Shown here: positions 45,261 through 63,416 of the stretch, piece after piece
How positions within the stretch are numbered: the first letter of the stretch is position 1
Layout: every line of letters begins with the position of its first letter
Assembly (NCBI GenBank): GCA_902627325.1
Contig: CACOIM010000002.1
Location: 5,078-69,077, forward strand
Reading direction: 5' to 3'
Origin: an uncultured Prochlorococcus sp.
GTDB lineage: Bacteria; Cyanobacteriota; Cyanobacteriia; PCC-6307; Cyanobiaceae
Length of the DNA: 64,000 nt
Made by a program: the position numbers and the translations under genes
The notes under the pieces: generated by a model
Told to the model about the DNA's origin: nothing
Database searches by the model: none
What the model saw: only the letters and a program-made list of their open reading frames with translations

Positions 45261-46565
45261 TTGATTATGAATCATAATTCAAATTCATTTAATAATGATT
45301 GGCACCCTAATATTTGGCCTCCTTTTACTCAAATCCAGACAAACAAAGCTCAAATTGAAGTCAGCCATGGTAAAGATGCTTCTTTATTTACTATAAACCC
45401 AGAAAAAGAACTTATAGATGGTATTAGTAGCTGGTGGGTCACTCTGCATGGCCATGGTAATGAATTTATAGCAAATGCCATCTCAAATCAAGCCAAGACA
45501 TTAGAACAAGTTATTTTTGCTGATTTCTTACATCCTCAGGCAAAAAAACTTGCAGAAAGGCTGAGCAGATTAACTAAATTAGAACGATTATTTTTTTCAG
45601 ATAATGGGTCAACTGCAGTTGAAGTAGCCCTAAAAATTGCTTATCAATGGTGGCAAAATAATGGTGAGAGAAGAAATCAAATTATTGCTTTTGAAGGTGC
45701 TTATCATGGAGATACTTTTGGGGCTATGGCGTTAGGTGAAAGAAATATATTTAATGAAAGTTTTGAGAAGTTAATGTTTCCAGTTAAAAGGGTGCCATGG
45801 CCTTCAACATGGATAGGAGATGAAAATATTGAAAAGAAAGAAGAAGTTTCCATACAAAAGCTTTGTGAACTCTTAAAACAGCCAACAGTAGCCGTTATTG
45901 TCGAGCCTATTTTACAGGGTGCTGGTGGTATGAATATGGTAAGACCAAAATTTATAAAAAAGGTTTCAGAATTAGTTAGTGATCATAATTCTCTTTTAAT
46001 AGCAGATGAAGTATTAACTGGTTTTGGCAGAACTGGAAGTTTATTTGCTTTCCAACAAGCAAAGATTCAACCAGATTTAATTGCCATCTCTAAAGGATTA
46101 ACTTCTGGTTTTTTACCCATGGGAATAACTCTTTCTAAAGAAAAAATTTTTCAATCTTTTGTTAGTGATTCTCCAGAAAAAACATTTTGGCATGGTCATA
46201 GCTTTACCGCTAATCCTCTTGGATGTGCAGCTGCAAATGCAAGTTTAGATCTTCTTGAAAATGAACCAAATAAATATCTTAAATTTCAAGATAAACATTT
46301 ATGTTTGACAAAGAAATTGAAGCATTTAGATTTTGTCAAAAAAATAAGAATATGTGGAACTATAGTTGCTTTCGACTTAGAAATAGGTGCAAATTCTGGG
46401 TATCTAAATACTATTGGGAAAAAGATAAAATCACGCGCCATTGAGAAAGGACTTTTTATTAGACCACTGGGAAATATAATTTATTTACTACCACCTTTAT
46501 GTATCACAGATACTCAATTAGAAAAAAGTTATGAAATCATCCATGATATTATTTCAAACTTGTAA
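45261..46565 (+). CDS. bioA: DAPA aminotransferase
   Basis: IWPPFTQ, SSWWVTLHGH, YHGDT, DEVLTGFGRTG and WHGHSFTANP motifs. Confidence 0.97.
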   Translation: MIMNHNSNSFNNDWHPNIWPPFTQIQTNKAQIEVSHGKDASLFTINPEKELIDGISSWWVTLHGHGNEFIANAISNQAKTLEQVIFADFLHPQAKKLAERLSRLTKLERLFFSDNGSTAVEVALKIAYQWWQNNGERRNQIIAFEGAYHGDTFGAMALGERNIFNESFEKLMFPVKRVPWPSTWIGDENIEKKEEVSIQKLCELLKQPTVAVIVEPILQGAGGMNMVRPKFIKKVSELVSDHNSLLIADEVLTGFGRTGSLFAFQQAKIQPDLIAISKGLTSGFLPMGITLSKEKIFQSFVSDSPEKTFWHGHSFTANPLGCAAANASLDLLENEPNKYLKFQDKHLCLTKKLKHLDFVKKIRICGTIVAFDLEIGANSGYLNTIGKKIKSRAIEKGLFIRPLGNIIYLLPPLCITDTQLEKSYEIIHDIISNL

Positions 46566-46763
46566 GTTTTAAGAAATAAGAAGATTAATTTTGTCAATAA
46601 TCTCTCCGATATTTAATTTGAGTTAAATACTTGATTACCATTAACAATAATTAAAAATTAAATCTTATTTGAAGTTTTTTAAAAATATTTATAAGAGCTC
46701 GAAATTTACTAATTTCATAAATCTATCAAATGATTCAATTAATTTATTGAGTTACTTGATCAA

Positions 46764-47210
46764 CTATTTCGCCAACCATATAGGCATAGAATTTATTTCT
46801 TTGCCTGTAAAATTAGCGAATAATAATGCGAATAATAAGCATGCCAAAATAACAATTACCAATAAAAGCAATGAGAACATTTCTCCATTTGAAAAGGGTC
46901 TCCTATCACCAATTGAATTAGCTATTTTTGAATCTGCTGTATAAGTATTAATAACAGGCTTCTTATATTTCTTTTTGCTTTCTAAACCATTTTGAATTTT
47001 TTTATCATAAATATTTCTTAGATAAGGATTATTTAAATTTTCATAAGCTTCCATTACCGTTTGAAGTTTTACTTTTGCATCTTCTAAATTCAGAGAAGTA
47101 GTATCTGGATGTAATTCCTTAGTCAATTTACAAAAAGCTTTTCTTAATTCATGAGTAGAAGCTTTCTCATGAACCCCAAGGATTTTATAGTAATCTTTTT
47201 CTCCTTTCAA
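46764..47210 (-). CDS. J-domain (DnaJ-like) membrane protein
   Basis: DYYKILG...HPD motif and C-terminal TM. Confidence 0.93.
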   Translation of the reverse strand: MKGEKDYYKILGVHEKASTHELRKAFCKLTKELHPDTTSLNLEDAKVKLQTVMEAYENLNNPYLRNIYDKKIQNGLESKKKYKKPVINTYTADSKIANSIGDRRPFSNGEMFSLLLLVIVILACLLFALLFANFTGKEINSMPIWLAK

Positions 47211-47289
47211 AATTATTTGCTATCGATTACATATTAATGTATTTAAATTAAAGTTAATGCTATATAAAAACATAAAATTAAAAATTTAA

Positions 47290-48012
47290 TTGAAAAATAT
47301 GATGCAAATAATACACTATAAGGACATTAATGAAATTCTTAGTAGTAATGAGATTCAATTATTTAAGCAATTACAGGGAATTATTAGTGCAATTAATAAA
47401 GATACAAATTTAACTCGACTTATTGAAGGGGATGATTATTGGATATCACAAGTATATGACAGTATTTGGCCGTTTTACTTAAATCCAAATAAAACATTTA
47501 ACGGTAAAAAATTTGTTGATATTGGTTCAGGATGTGGGTTCCCCGGATTGGCTTACGCAATAACACATCCAAATTCAGAGGTATATTTAGTTGATTCCTC
47601 TAGAAAAAAAACAGAGGCATTAAAACAAATTATTGATGCTTTAAACTTAAGTAATAAAATATTTGTAATAAACGAAAGAATCGAAAAAATTGCTCATAAT
47701 GACTTGTATAGGAATACTTTTGATATTGGTACGACTAGAGCAGTTGGCTCACCTTCCACAGTCTCAGAATATATATTGCCAATGCTAAAAAGGAGTGGGA
47801 TTGGACTACTATATTGCGGTAAATGGAATAAAAAAGATGAGTTTAAAATAAAAAATACCTTGAATATATTAAAAGGGTCTATTACAGAAATAAAGAAAAA
47901 TCAACTTCCTAAAGGAAAAGGAGAGAGGAATATTATTTTTATCAAGCCAGAGCAAAATTGTCCTGATTTTTATCCTAGAGCTATAGGGAAGCCTTCAAAA
48001 TATCCTTTATAG
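47290..48012 (+). CDS. rsmG: 16S rRNA m7G527 methyltransferase
   Basis: NLTR, DIGSGCGFPG, TRAV and YPRAIG.P motifs. Confidence 0.96.
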   Translation: MKNMMQIIHYKDINEILSSNEIQLFKQLQGIISAINKDTNLTRLIEGDDYWISQVYDSIWPFYLNPNKTFNGKKFVDIGSGCGFPGLAYAITHPNSEVYLVDSSRKKTEALKQIIDALNLSNKIFVINERIEKIAHNDLYRNTFDIGTTRAVGSPSTVSEYILPMLKRSGIGLLYCGKWNKKDEFKIKNTLNILKGSITEIKKNQLPKGKGERNIIFIKPEQNCPDFYPRAIGKPSKYPL

Positions 48013-48014
48013 AT

Positions 48015-49214
48015 TTATGTTGTCGATAATCTAGTCTGTTCTCCTGCTCCAAATTTTTTCTTTAAATATCTAAGTTTTTTAATTACCTTTTTAGGATTAA
48101 GATGATTAATCAATGAGTTATGTAGATCTTTTTCAGTTACACCGCAATCCAACGAATTTGCATTGTTACCGGGGAACCAATGGCCGCCATTTCCCATCAA
48201 TTGATATCTTGCTTTAGTAAAACTTTCTAAATCCCACGCTTCAAGTAAATTTGATAGCCAAAGTAGAACTGGAATATTAATTTCGCCTGGAGTATTTCTC
48301 CATGTTGGTAAATTCTTATCCCAATTTTGATACCAATCAACTCCTAAAACTTTGATTAATTCTTGATTCAATTTATTCTCAATGGAAGGGACTAAATCAT
48401 TTGATTTATCAAGCAGGGATATTGCTTCTAAGTGATAATCAAAATCTGATTCTTTTGCTACCCCAACACTTAGTGTGTGCACGGAATTATTATTCAAGCA
48501 GAAAAGATCATTAAAAACTATTGGATGAATAGGCTTACAAAGTTTTTTAATTTTCTCTGAAGGTGTATGCAAATGTCCACCCTTATCAGTAGGGCTAATG
48601 ATGAAAACACCCAAATCAAATTTTTCAGCTAATTTTATTGCTTTGATATTTGTCTGATTTATGAAATACCAATGTAAATTAACAAAATCAAATTTATTAG
48701 ATGATATTGCCTTATTAATAAGGCTTAATGACCCATGAGTAGAAAATCCAATATTGCCAATCAAATTATCTTTTTGCCACTTTCTAAGAATATCGATACA
48801 TCCTCCCTCTCTTATAGCGTAATGAAGATGTTCAAAAGTATTTATGCCATGAATAGCGAGAAGATCAATTTTTTTAATTCCTAGTGTTTGAAAACTCATT
48901 TTTAGTTCATCTTGAAATCTATTAACATCTTCATTTGGTGGGATCTTTGTTTGAATAATTTTTGAATTTATATCATTATTTTTAAATGCAGACCCCAATT
49001 GAAGTTCAGAAGTTCCATAATATCTTGCAGTTTCAATATGATTTAAGCCATATAAATCCGCTAATTCTAAAATTTTTATTACTTTGTTTTGTTCCTCTTT
49101 CGATATATCTTTAAATTCTAATTGTTTCCAACTTTTTTGAAATCTCATACCACCTAGAGATAATACAGGCATATCAATATTTGTCCTTCCAAACCGACGA
49201 TATGGTAGCACCAT
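48015..49214 (-). CDS. aldo/keto reductase family oxidoreductase
   Basis: RRFGRT, SLGGMR, ETARYYGTSE, IGFSTHG and SPTDKGG motifs. Confidence 0.93.
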   Translation of the reverse strand: MVLPYRRFGRTNIDMPVLSLGGMRFQKSWKQLEFKDISKEEQNKVIKILELADLYGLNHIETARYYGTSELQLGSAFKNNDINSKIIQTKIPPNEDVNRFQDELKMSFQTLGIKKIDLLAIHGINTFEHLHYAIREGGCIDILRKWQKDNLIGNIGFSTHGSLSLINKAISSNKFDFVNLHWYFINQTNIKAIKLAEKFDLGVFIISPTDKGGHLHTPSEKIKKLCKPIHPIVFNDLFCLNNNSVHTLSVGVAKESDFDYHLEAISLLDKSNDLVPSIENKLNQELIKVLGVDWYQNWDKNLPTWRNTPGEINIPVLLWLSNLLEAWDLESFTKARYQLMGNGGHWFPGNNANSLDCGVTEKDLHNSLINHLNPKKVIKKLRYLKKKFGAGEQTRLSTT

Positions 49215-49224
49215 TAAATTCTTG

Positions 49225-49698
49225 TCAGTGTTTATTTACCCTAGGTAATTTACCTAATGATTGAAACATATCCCTATTTAAACTGGCTTCTAATCTATCA
49301 AGATCTTCAAAATCAACCCAATGCATACAGTCAACTGGACATGTATCCATAGCTTCTTGAACTACTTCGAGATCATCCCCATTCTGACGCAGAACTCGTG
49401 CTCTCCCAAGATCTTCATCAACAATAAATGTGTTATTAGCGACATGTACGCAATACTGACACCCTATACAAGCAGCTTCATCAACCCAAATTGCTTTTTC
49501 CCGTAATTCTCCACCTAAAACGGGTTCAAATCCGGAAATATCATTAGACTCTAAATATTCATTAAATGCAGCTAAATTATCACTATTAATTCCATCATAA
49601 ATATCTGAATTAAAATCATTTTTCACAAAAGATTTAAACGAAGAATTTTCTTGTATTTCTTCGGAAAAATCAAATGCTATGGAAGGATCAATATCCAA
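49225..49698 (-). CDS. 3Fe-4S/4Fe-4S ferredoxin
   Basis: VDEAACIGCQYC...TCPVDCMHW. Confidence 0.93.
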   Translation of the reverse strand: MDIDPSIAFDFSEEIQENSSFKSFVKNDFNSDIYDGINSDNLAAFNEYLESNDISGFEPVLGGELREKAIWVDEAACIGCQYCVHVANNTFIVDEDLGRARVLRQNGDDLEVVQEAMDTCPVDCMHWVDFEDLDRLEASLNRDMFQSLGKLPRVNKH

Positions 49699-49702
49699 AG
49701 TC

Positions 49703-50095
49703 TTATGCGTCCCATTTAGTTAAAACTAATTCTATAGAGCCATCAGTTTCGTTTTTTTGTTCGACTATTTGATATCCATCTTTTTGTGTTTGAGAAATTA
49801 TTGTTTGATATGCATACATTTGAGTTACTTTAGAAATAAATCTTTCTACTGGTAGAGTATATTTCCAAAGATCTAAATCAGTAACTAACTCGTAGGAATT
49901 TGATTTATTATCCCATTTAAAACCTACTTTAGTGTTTTCGGGCAAATCTAAGCTTATATCAACAGCAGTAAATTTACCTTGGTAGCCTTTTACAAATTTT
50001 TCATCTTGGTTAGGATTATAACCAAGAACATCTAAAGCCTTTACAAGAGGCTCTGTCTCTTTAAGTTTGGTTTTAATAGTACTAAAATGTGACAT
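49703..50095 (-). CDS. ycf35: DUF1257 / Ycf35 family protein
   Basis: MSHFSTIKTKL...YELVTDLDLW...QMYAY. Confidence 0.92.
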   Translation of the reverse strand: MSHFSTIKTKLKETEPLVKALDVLGYNPNQDEKFVKGYQGKFTAVDISLDLPENTKVGFKWDNKSNSYELVTDLDLWKYTLPVERFISKVTQMYAYQTIISQTQKDGYQIVEQKNETDGSIELVLTKWDA

Positions 50096-50309
50096 TAGAT
50101 TCGTTATTTAATTGATTGGAATTGTTGGTTTGATTAATGACAAATGAGTCTGTTGTTAATCTCTTAGTTTTAACTTCTCCAAGAGCCTCTTCTAAATTCT
50201 TAGTTGCTTCATTACAGGAATCTCCATCAAAACCTTCAACCGTTTCTTGGACACGTCCATCTTGGTAAATTTTAAATCTTAATGTTCTTTGGGGCATTAG
50301 ATTACACAC
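50082..50309 (-). CDS. DUF2997 family protein
   Basis: 'FKIYQDGRVQETVEG..G.SC..ATKNLEEALG', typical partner of ycf35. Likely start MPQR. Confidence 0.9.
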   Translation of the reverse strand: MCNLMPQRTLRFKIYQDGRVQETVEGFDGDSCNEATKNLEEALGEVKTKRLTTDSFVINQTNNSNQLNNESNVTF

Positions 50310-50413
50310 TAAGTACTTATACTTTATATAAAATAACTAAAAATAAGAGTTTCAGTTGATAACGTAACTTTGTTTTCATTATTGGATATAAAATATTTCA
50401 ATATCCAAATAAA

Positions 50414-51199
50414 TTATTTATAAAATCCTTTCATGCCCATTGAATCAAGTGCGGTTTTCGCCTCCTCCATAACAGAGGGTTCAGAGTCAAATAATGCAAT
50501 TTTTGTACATTCATCAATAAATAATTCTTGCAATTTATTGCTTAAATTCTGATATAGCCTGCATAAAGACCAAATACAATTACTTCGAACCACTGGTTCA
50601 TTATCAATTTTAAGACTAATTAATAATTGCTCGGCAGCTAATTGAGCATTATCACTTGAAATACTTCCAATCTCTGCAAGAGAGCTTGATGCCCAAAGCC
50701 TTACTGATGAGACATCCTTCTGTAAGGCTTGTAATAAAGGACGCAATACAATTTGATTATCATAATTTGCTAGGCTCCAAGCTGTAGCTCTTCGAACATA
50801 GGCGTTATCGTCAGACTCTAACAAACTAACTAATTTACTCACAGCATCTGGACAAGGGTTTCGACCTAAAGCATAAACAGCACTCATCCTCTCAACAGGA
50901 CAAGACTGATCTAATAGTGGAAGTAATAGAGGAAAAGACCTCTTATCACGGTATTCACAAAAAATTTTTAAACCTTGAATTCGCTCTTCTTTATTTCCTT
51001 TCAAATATTCTAATGCCTGATCACATGCAGAAGAAACATCTAAATTATCTTTTGAGAAGCCATCTTTATCGATTTCTTCAAGAGGATCGACTTCAAAATC
51101 AACAGCTAGCTCTTTAGCCAAAACATCTGGATCAATAGCAATATCCGCCAAACTATCATCGTTAAATTCTTTTTTGTAATTAATCATTGAACATAACAA
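50414..51199 (-). CDS. HEAT-repeat (PBS lyase-like) protein
   Basis: Repeated 'VERMSAVYALG', 'VRRATAWSLA', 'VRLWASSSLA' and 'VRSNCIWSL' units. Confidence 0.9.
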   Translation of the reverse strand: MLCSMINYKKEFNDDSLADIAIDPDVLAKELAVDFEVDPLEEIDKDGFSKDNLDVSSACDQALEYLKGNKEERIQGLKIFCEYRDKRSFPLLLPLLDQSCPVERMSAVYALGRNPCPDAVSKLVSLLESDDNAYVRRATAWSLANYDNQIVLRPLLQALQKDVSSVRLWASSSLAEIGSISSDNAQLAAEQLLISLKIDNEPVVRSNCIWSLCRLYQNLSNKLQELFIDECTKIALFDSEPSVMEEAKTALDSMGMKGFYK

Positions 51200-51202
51200 G
51201 TA

Positions 51203-51328
51203 TTAATTAATAGGAGCAGGAGACATCATATCACCAGGCAACCAAATTCTTGCACTAACCGCAAAAAAAGCAACTCCAAAAAGAAGTACAATTGTCACAG
51301 GAAGTAATTTGGTTCTAATAAAGCTCAC
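51203..51328 (-). CDS. 41-aa single-TM small protein
   Basis: GTG start, MSFIRTKLLPVTIVLLFGVAFFAVSARIWLPGDMMSPAPIN. Hand-translated, fills the rlmN-HEAT gap. Confidence 0.8.
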   Translation of the reverse strand: MSFIRTKLLPVTIVLLFGVAFFAVSARIWLPGDMMSPAPIN

Positions 51329-51407
51329 TAAGTTTTCTTAATTTAGTTAATACTAGCTTTTTTATTGAAGAATTAAAAATAATTACTAAAAATAATTGAT
51401 TTGTCAT

Positions 51408-52619
<1,212 letters not shown>

Positions 52620-52648
52620 TTATTCTAATGTTTAAAAATAATAATAGC

Positions 52649-56758
<4,110 letters not shown>

Positions 56759-56785
56759 TTATAGATGTGAGATGTATCGTCATGG

Positions 56786-58705
<1,920 letters not shown>

Positions 58706-58725
58706 TTAAAGTTTATAAATAGAAA

Positions 58726-61700
58726 TTAATCTTCCTCATACTCCGAAGTTCCTAATGATTCATACGTTGGTCTTGAAGGAGTATTCCTTCTAGAATTAAT
58801 ATCTTGCATTAAATCAACTTCTTTACCTTCATCTGTATAAACAGAAATATCTAAACCTAAGGATTGTAATTCTCTCATTAAAACTTTAAATGATTCAGGA
58901 GTTCCAGGTCTTGGTATTGGTTTACCTTTGACAATTGCATTAAGGGCTTCATTTCTACCTTGCATATCATCTGATTTAACAGTTAATAATTCTTGTAATG
59001 TGTAAGCAGCTCCATAAGCTTCTAGTGCCCAAACTTCCATTTCACCTAAACGCTGGCCTCCCTGTTGTGCTTTTCCTCCGAGGGGCTGCTGAGTAACCAG
59101 TGAATAAGGTCCTGTAGATCGAGCATGAATTTTATCATCTACCAAATGCACAAGTTTTAGGAAGTGAGAGTAACCTACAGCAACTGGTTGATCAAAAGGT
59201 TCACCGGTTCTACCATCTATTAAGAGTAGCTTTCCAGGATCATTTGGGTTATAAACCCAGTCTTTACCTATTTGTTTTGAAGCTTCAGTAAGAAATGCCT
59301 GAACTGTCTGATGTGATTTCTCAGGCCCATACATTTCGTCGAATGGTACTACTTTTACTCTGCAATCTAGATTAGAAGCCGCCCAACCCATAAGAAGCTC
59401 AAAGACTTGACCAACGTTCATTCTACTTGGTACCCCAAGGGGATTTAATACGATATCTACAGGTGTTCCATCTGGTAAATAAGGCATATCTTCTCTCGGC
59501 AAGATCCTGCTAATAATACCTTTATTTCCATGCCTTCCAGCCATCTTGTCGCCAACCTGTATTTTGCGTCGTTGAGCTACATAAACTCTTACAACCATGT
59601 TTGCTCCAGGAGGTAACTCATCTCCTTGTTCTCGAGTATATATTCTTACATCAACAACCCTACCCCTTTCTGTATTTGGAACTCTTAATGAATTATCTCT
59701 CACATCTCTAGCCTTCTCTCCAAATATTGCTCGCAATAGTTTTTCTTCTGGAGGTTGATCAGACTCTCCTTTCGGTGTGACCTTTCCAACTAATATATCC
59801 CCGCTTTCAACAAATGCTCCAATCCTTATAATCCCCATCTCATCAAGATTAGCAAGGCTATCTTCAGATACATTAGGAATCTCCCTTGTAATTTCTTCAG
59901 GACCTAACTTAGTTTGTCTAGCCTCTATTTCATATTTTTCAATATGGACAGACGTATAAAGATCATCTGTAACCAACCTTTCACTAACCAGTATCGCATC
60001 TTCATAATTGTAACCTTCCCAAGGCATATAAGCTATTAGAACATTTTGTCCTAAAGCAATTTCTCCCCCTTCACAAGCAGATCCATCAGCTAAAACTTGT
60101 CCAGAAATAACTTTATCTCCGGTATTTACAATTGGTCTCTGATTTAAACAAGTATCCTGATTAGATCGTTGATATTTTTGTAATTGATGAATATGATCGT
60201 TACCTTCATCATCCCTTATTATAATTTCATTCGCATCTACATAAGATACTAGGCCATTTACTTTAGTTATGGGAACCATACCAGAGTCTCTCGCAACCTG
60301 TGATTCAAGACCTGTACCAACAAGGGGTCTTTCAGGTCTTAAAAGTGGTACAGCCTGTCTTTGCATGTTAGAACCCATTAAGGCTCTATTAGCATCATCA
60401 TGCTCTAAGAAAGGAATTAGAGATGTAGCCACTGAAATAACTTGAACTGGCGATAATTGAACATAATCAACCTGTAGAGGTGGGACTTTTTCAAAATCTT
60501 GTCGATATCTAACCGGAATTAAATCAGCAAGAATTAATCCTTCTTCATCGGTTGCTACATCCCCAGGAGCAACCCTACATTCATCTTCCAAATCAGCTGA
60601 TAAATAAATTGGATTACCACTTTTGATGACTCTACCTTTATCAACCTTCCAGAATGGAGTTTCAATAAAGCCATATTCATTAACCCTAGCATGAGTTGCT
60701 AAGGAATTTATTAGACCCGCATTTGGTCCTTCAGGTGTTTCAATAGGGCAAAGTCTTCCATAGTGAGATGGATGTATATCTCTCACAGCAAAACCTGCTC
60801 TTTCTCTAGTAAGCCCACCTGGACCTAATGCTGAGATTCTTCTTTTATGAGTCAATTCTGCAAGAGGATTTGTTTGATCCATAAATTGGCTTAATTGACT
60901 TGATCCAAAAAACTCTTTTATTGCAGCGACTAATGGCTTAGGATTAACCAATTGAGCAGGTGTTAAAGAATCAGTTTCACCAACTGTCATTCTTTCCTTG
61001 ATAATTCTTTCAAGTCTATTTAGTCCAACACGCACTTGATTCTGTAAAAGTTCACCAACTGACCTAACTCTTCGATTACCTAAGTGATCAATATCATCGA
61101 GGCTAGCACCCCCAATATCAAGTTCTAGATTAATTAAGTAATCAATAGTTGAAAGAACGTCCTCATGCGTCAAAGTTCTAATATTATCTGGAACAGTGAG
61201 CCTAAGTTTCTTATTAATTTTATATCTACCTACTCTACCTAAATCATATCTCTTAGGATCAAAAAAACGACTATGCAAAAGTTGTTGCCCGCCAGAAACA
61301 GAGGGTGGCTCCCCAGGTCTTAATTTTTTATAGAGTTCAAGTAATGCTTGATCTTCAGAGGTGATACCTTCTTCATTAGCTGAGTCAATTGAGTTTCTAT
61401 AAAATTCTGGATGTCTTAGTTTATCTATAACATCATTATCTGATAGGCCCATAGCTCTCATAAGAACATGAGCATTTATTTTCCTTGTTTTATCGACCCT
61501 GACGTAAAGTAAATTGTTCTTATCAGTTTCAAATTTTAACCATGCACCCCTATTAGGAATAACACTTGCGTTATAAGTTCTTCTACCGTTTTTATCCTGC
61601 TCATCTTTAAAATATACCCCTGGACTTCTCACGATTTGGTTTACAATTACTCTTTCAGCTCCATTAATAATAAAAGTACCTCTTTCAGTCATTAATGGTA

Positions 61701-62019
61701 ATTCACCTATAAATACTTCTTGCTCCTTAATTTCACCTGTTTCTTTATTTATAAGTCTGCAAGTTACATACATTTGGGAAGCAAAAGTTGCATCCCTTCT
61801 TTTAGCTTCCTCAACATCATGCCTAGGTCGTTTTAAACGATATTCTTCACCTATAAAATGTAATTCGAGCTTTCCAGTATAATCAGTAATTGGTGAAAAA
61901 TTCTGAAGTTCTTCAATTAAACCTTTTTCCAAAAACCATTTAAAACTAGCTCTTTGAACCTCTACTAAATCTGGTAAGTAAGTAACTGTCTTAGTTACTT
62001 GTAAAGCGCTACTGCTCAT
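58726..62019 (-). CDS. rpoB: RNA polymerase beta subunit
   Basis: [19 protein letters not shown] and GQRLGEME motifs. Confidence 0.99.
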   Translation of the reverse strand: MSSSALQVTKTVTYLPDLVEVQRASFKWFLEKGLIEELQNFSPITDYTGKLELHFIGEEYRLKRPRHDVEEAKRRDATFASQMYVTCRLINKETGEIKEQEVFIGELPLMTERGTFIINGAERVIVNQIVRSPGVYFKDEQDKNGRRTYNASVIPNRGAWLKFETDKNNLLYVRVDKTRKINAHVLMRAMGLSDNDVIDKLRHPEFYRNSIDSANEEGITSEDQALLELYKKLRPGEPPSVSGGQQLLHSRFFDPKRYDLGRVGRYKINKKLRLTVPDNIRTLTHEDVLSTIDYLINLELDIGGASLDDIDHLGNRRVRSVGELLQNQVRVGLNRLERIIKERMTVGETDSLTPAQLVNPKPLVAAIKEFFGSSQLSQFMDQTNPLAELTHKRRISALGPGGLTRERAGFAVRDIHPSHYGRLCPIETPEGPNAGLINSLATHARVNEYGFIETPFWKVDKGRVIKSGNPIYLSADLEDECRVAPGDVATDEEGLILADLIPVRYRQDFEKVPPLQVDYVQLSPVQVISVATSLIPFLEHDDANRALMGSNMQRQAVPLLRPERPLVGTGLESQVARDSGMVPITKVNGLVSYVDANEIIIRDDEGNDHIHQLQKYQRSNQDTCLNQRPIVNTGDKVISGQVLADGSACEGGEIALGQNVLIAYMPWEGYNYEDAILVSERLVTDDLYTSVHIEKYEIEARQTKLGPEEITREIPNVSEDSLANLDEMGIIRIGAFVESGDILVGKVTPKGESDQPPEEKLLRAIFGEKARDVRDNSLRVPNTERGRVVDVRIYTREQGDELPPGANMVVRVYVAQRRKIQVGDKMAGRHGNKGIISRILPREDMPYLPDGTPVDIVLNPLGVPSRMNVGQVFELLMGWAASNLDCRVKVVPFDEMYGPEKSHQTVQAFLTEASKQIGKDWVYNPNDPGKLLLIDGRTGEPFDQPVAVGYSHFLKLVHLVDDKIHARSTGPYSLVTQQPLGGKAQQGGQRLGEMEVWALEAYGAAYTLQELLTVKSDDMQGRNEALNAIVKGKPIPRPGTPESFKVLMRELQSLGLDISVYTDEGKEVDLMQDINSRRNTPSRPTYESLGTSEYEED

Positions 62020-62200
62020 CCAATAGAATCCTGGGTTTATTAAGATTTACCTTTTAGATTTACTTAAATTACTATATTTTTAGGAATAAAAATTAATCAA
62101 ATTTATCCTAGATTTGAATAGTTAAAAACAAATTAACTAGCAATAAAATAAAAAATTTAAGAAAATTAGCCAGTAATTTTTCATATTAGCAGATAATCTC

Positions 62201-62995
62201 TCAAATTACAAAATCAAATTTAAATAATTTTTCTGCATTTTGCGATGATTCACTTGCAATTACATCAACTGTAGATGATCTTATTAAAGCCATTGATTTT
62301 GCTACATTCTCAACAAATGCTGGTTCATTTCTTTTCCCGCGATATGGAACAGGAGCTAAAAACGGAGAATCTGTTTCAATAAGATATTTATCTTTAGGTA
62401 CTAACCTTGCACAATCATGAGTTTCGACTGCTTTAGGAAAAGTGACTATACCGCTAAAACTTATGTAAAAACCTAATTTTAAAAATTCTTGCATTTCATC
62501 AACAGTTCCGCTCCAGCAATGCAAAACTCCTTTTGGACACATATTATCTTTTTTCAAATCTTTACATATATTTATCATTTCATTAGCTGCATCCCGACAG
62601 TGAATTATTACAGGTAAATCGCATTCAAAAGCCAATCTCATCTGAGGCAAAAGAGCCGCTATTTGGGTTTCAATATCATTATTTTTAAAAAGATCTAAGC
62701 CCATTTCTCCAATTGCAACCACTTTATTATCATTCTTAATTGCTTCTCTCAAAACATATTCAGAATCCGGGTCCCATTTATTTGCATCAAGAGGGTGCAG
62801 ACCGACTGAATAATAGATTTCTGAAAATCTATTTGAAATATTTTGCATTTTTGGAATATCTGATAAGTCAACGCAGGCATGAAGAAGTTTTTTCACACCT
62901 TTTGATCTCCATCTACCAGCTACTTCATCTATGTCATCTAAAAAATTTTCAAAGATAAGATGACAATGTGAATCAATTAAATTGATTGCATCCAT
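62201..62995 (-). CDS. tatD: TatD family hydrolase
   Basis: DSHCH, GLHP, GEMGLD, HCR and ETDSP motifs. Confidence 0.96.
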   Translation of the reverse strand: MDAINLIDSHCHLIFENFLDDIDEVAGRWRSKGVKKLLHACVDLSDIPKMQNISNRFSEIYYSVGLHPLDANKWDPDSEYVLREAIKNDNKVVAIGEMGLDLFKNNDIETQIAALLPQMRLAFECDLPVIIHCRDAANEMINICKDLKKDNMCPKGVLHCWSGTVDEMQEFLKLGFYISFSGIVTFPKAVETHDCARLVPKDKYLIETDSPFLAPVPYRGKRNEPAFVENVAKSMALIRSSTVDVIASESSQNAEKLFKFDFVI

Positions 62996-63012
62996 TACAA
63001 AAGTTGATTTAT

Positions 63013-63303
63013 CTAACTTTTTAATGTGTTTTTAACTAAGTTGTTAATCCTTGATTTTTTATTGGCCCCATTGTTTTTGTGCAAAACATTTTTTTTAACG
63101 GCTTTATCAATTAGACTATATGCTTGATTAAGAGTAGTATTGATTAATTCTTGATTTTCTGCATTAGGATCTTTTTTATAATTTTCACAATTAATTATAG
63201 TTTTTTTTATTAGAGTTCTTACTGTAGATTTATAAGACTTGTTAATTTGTCTGTTTCTTTCTGCTACGAGAATTCTTTTTTTTGCTGATTTGTTATTTGC
63301 CAC
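63013..63303 (-). CDS. rpsT: 30S ribosomal protein S20
   Basis: ANNKSAKKR...IDKAVKKNVLHKN. Confidence 0.98.
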   Translation of the reverse strand: MANNKSAKKRILVAERNRQINKSYKSTVRTLIKKTIINCENYKKDPNAENQELINTTLNQAYSLIDKAVKKNVLHKNNGANKKSRINNLVKNTLKS

Positions 63304-63416
63304 AGAAATAGCTTTGATTTATACTTAATTACTATATCAAAAGATAAGACTTCTGATCAATAATATTTCCACATTCACCTAACTATCTGAAACTTTTATT
63401 TTACATTCCCAATCAA

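Noticed and set aside
46669-46944. 91-aa plus-strand ORF
   Set aside because: Largely antisense to the J-domain gene, TTG start, low-complexity composition
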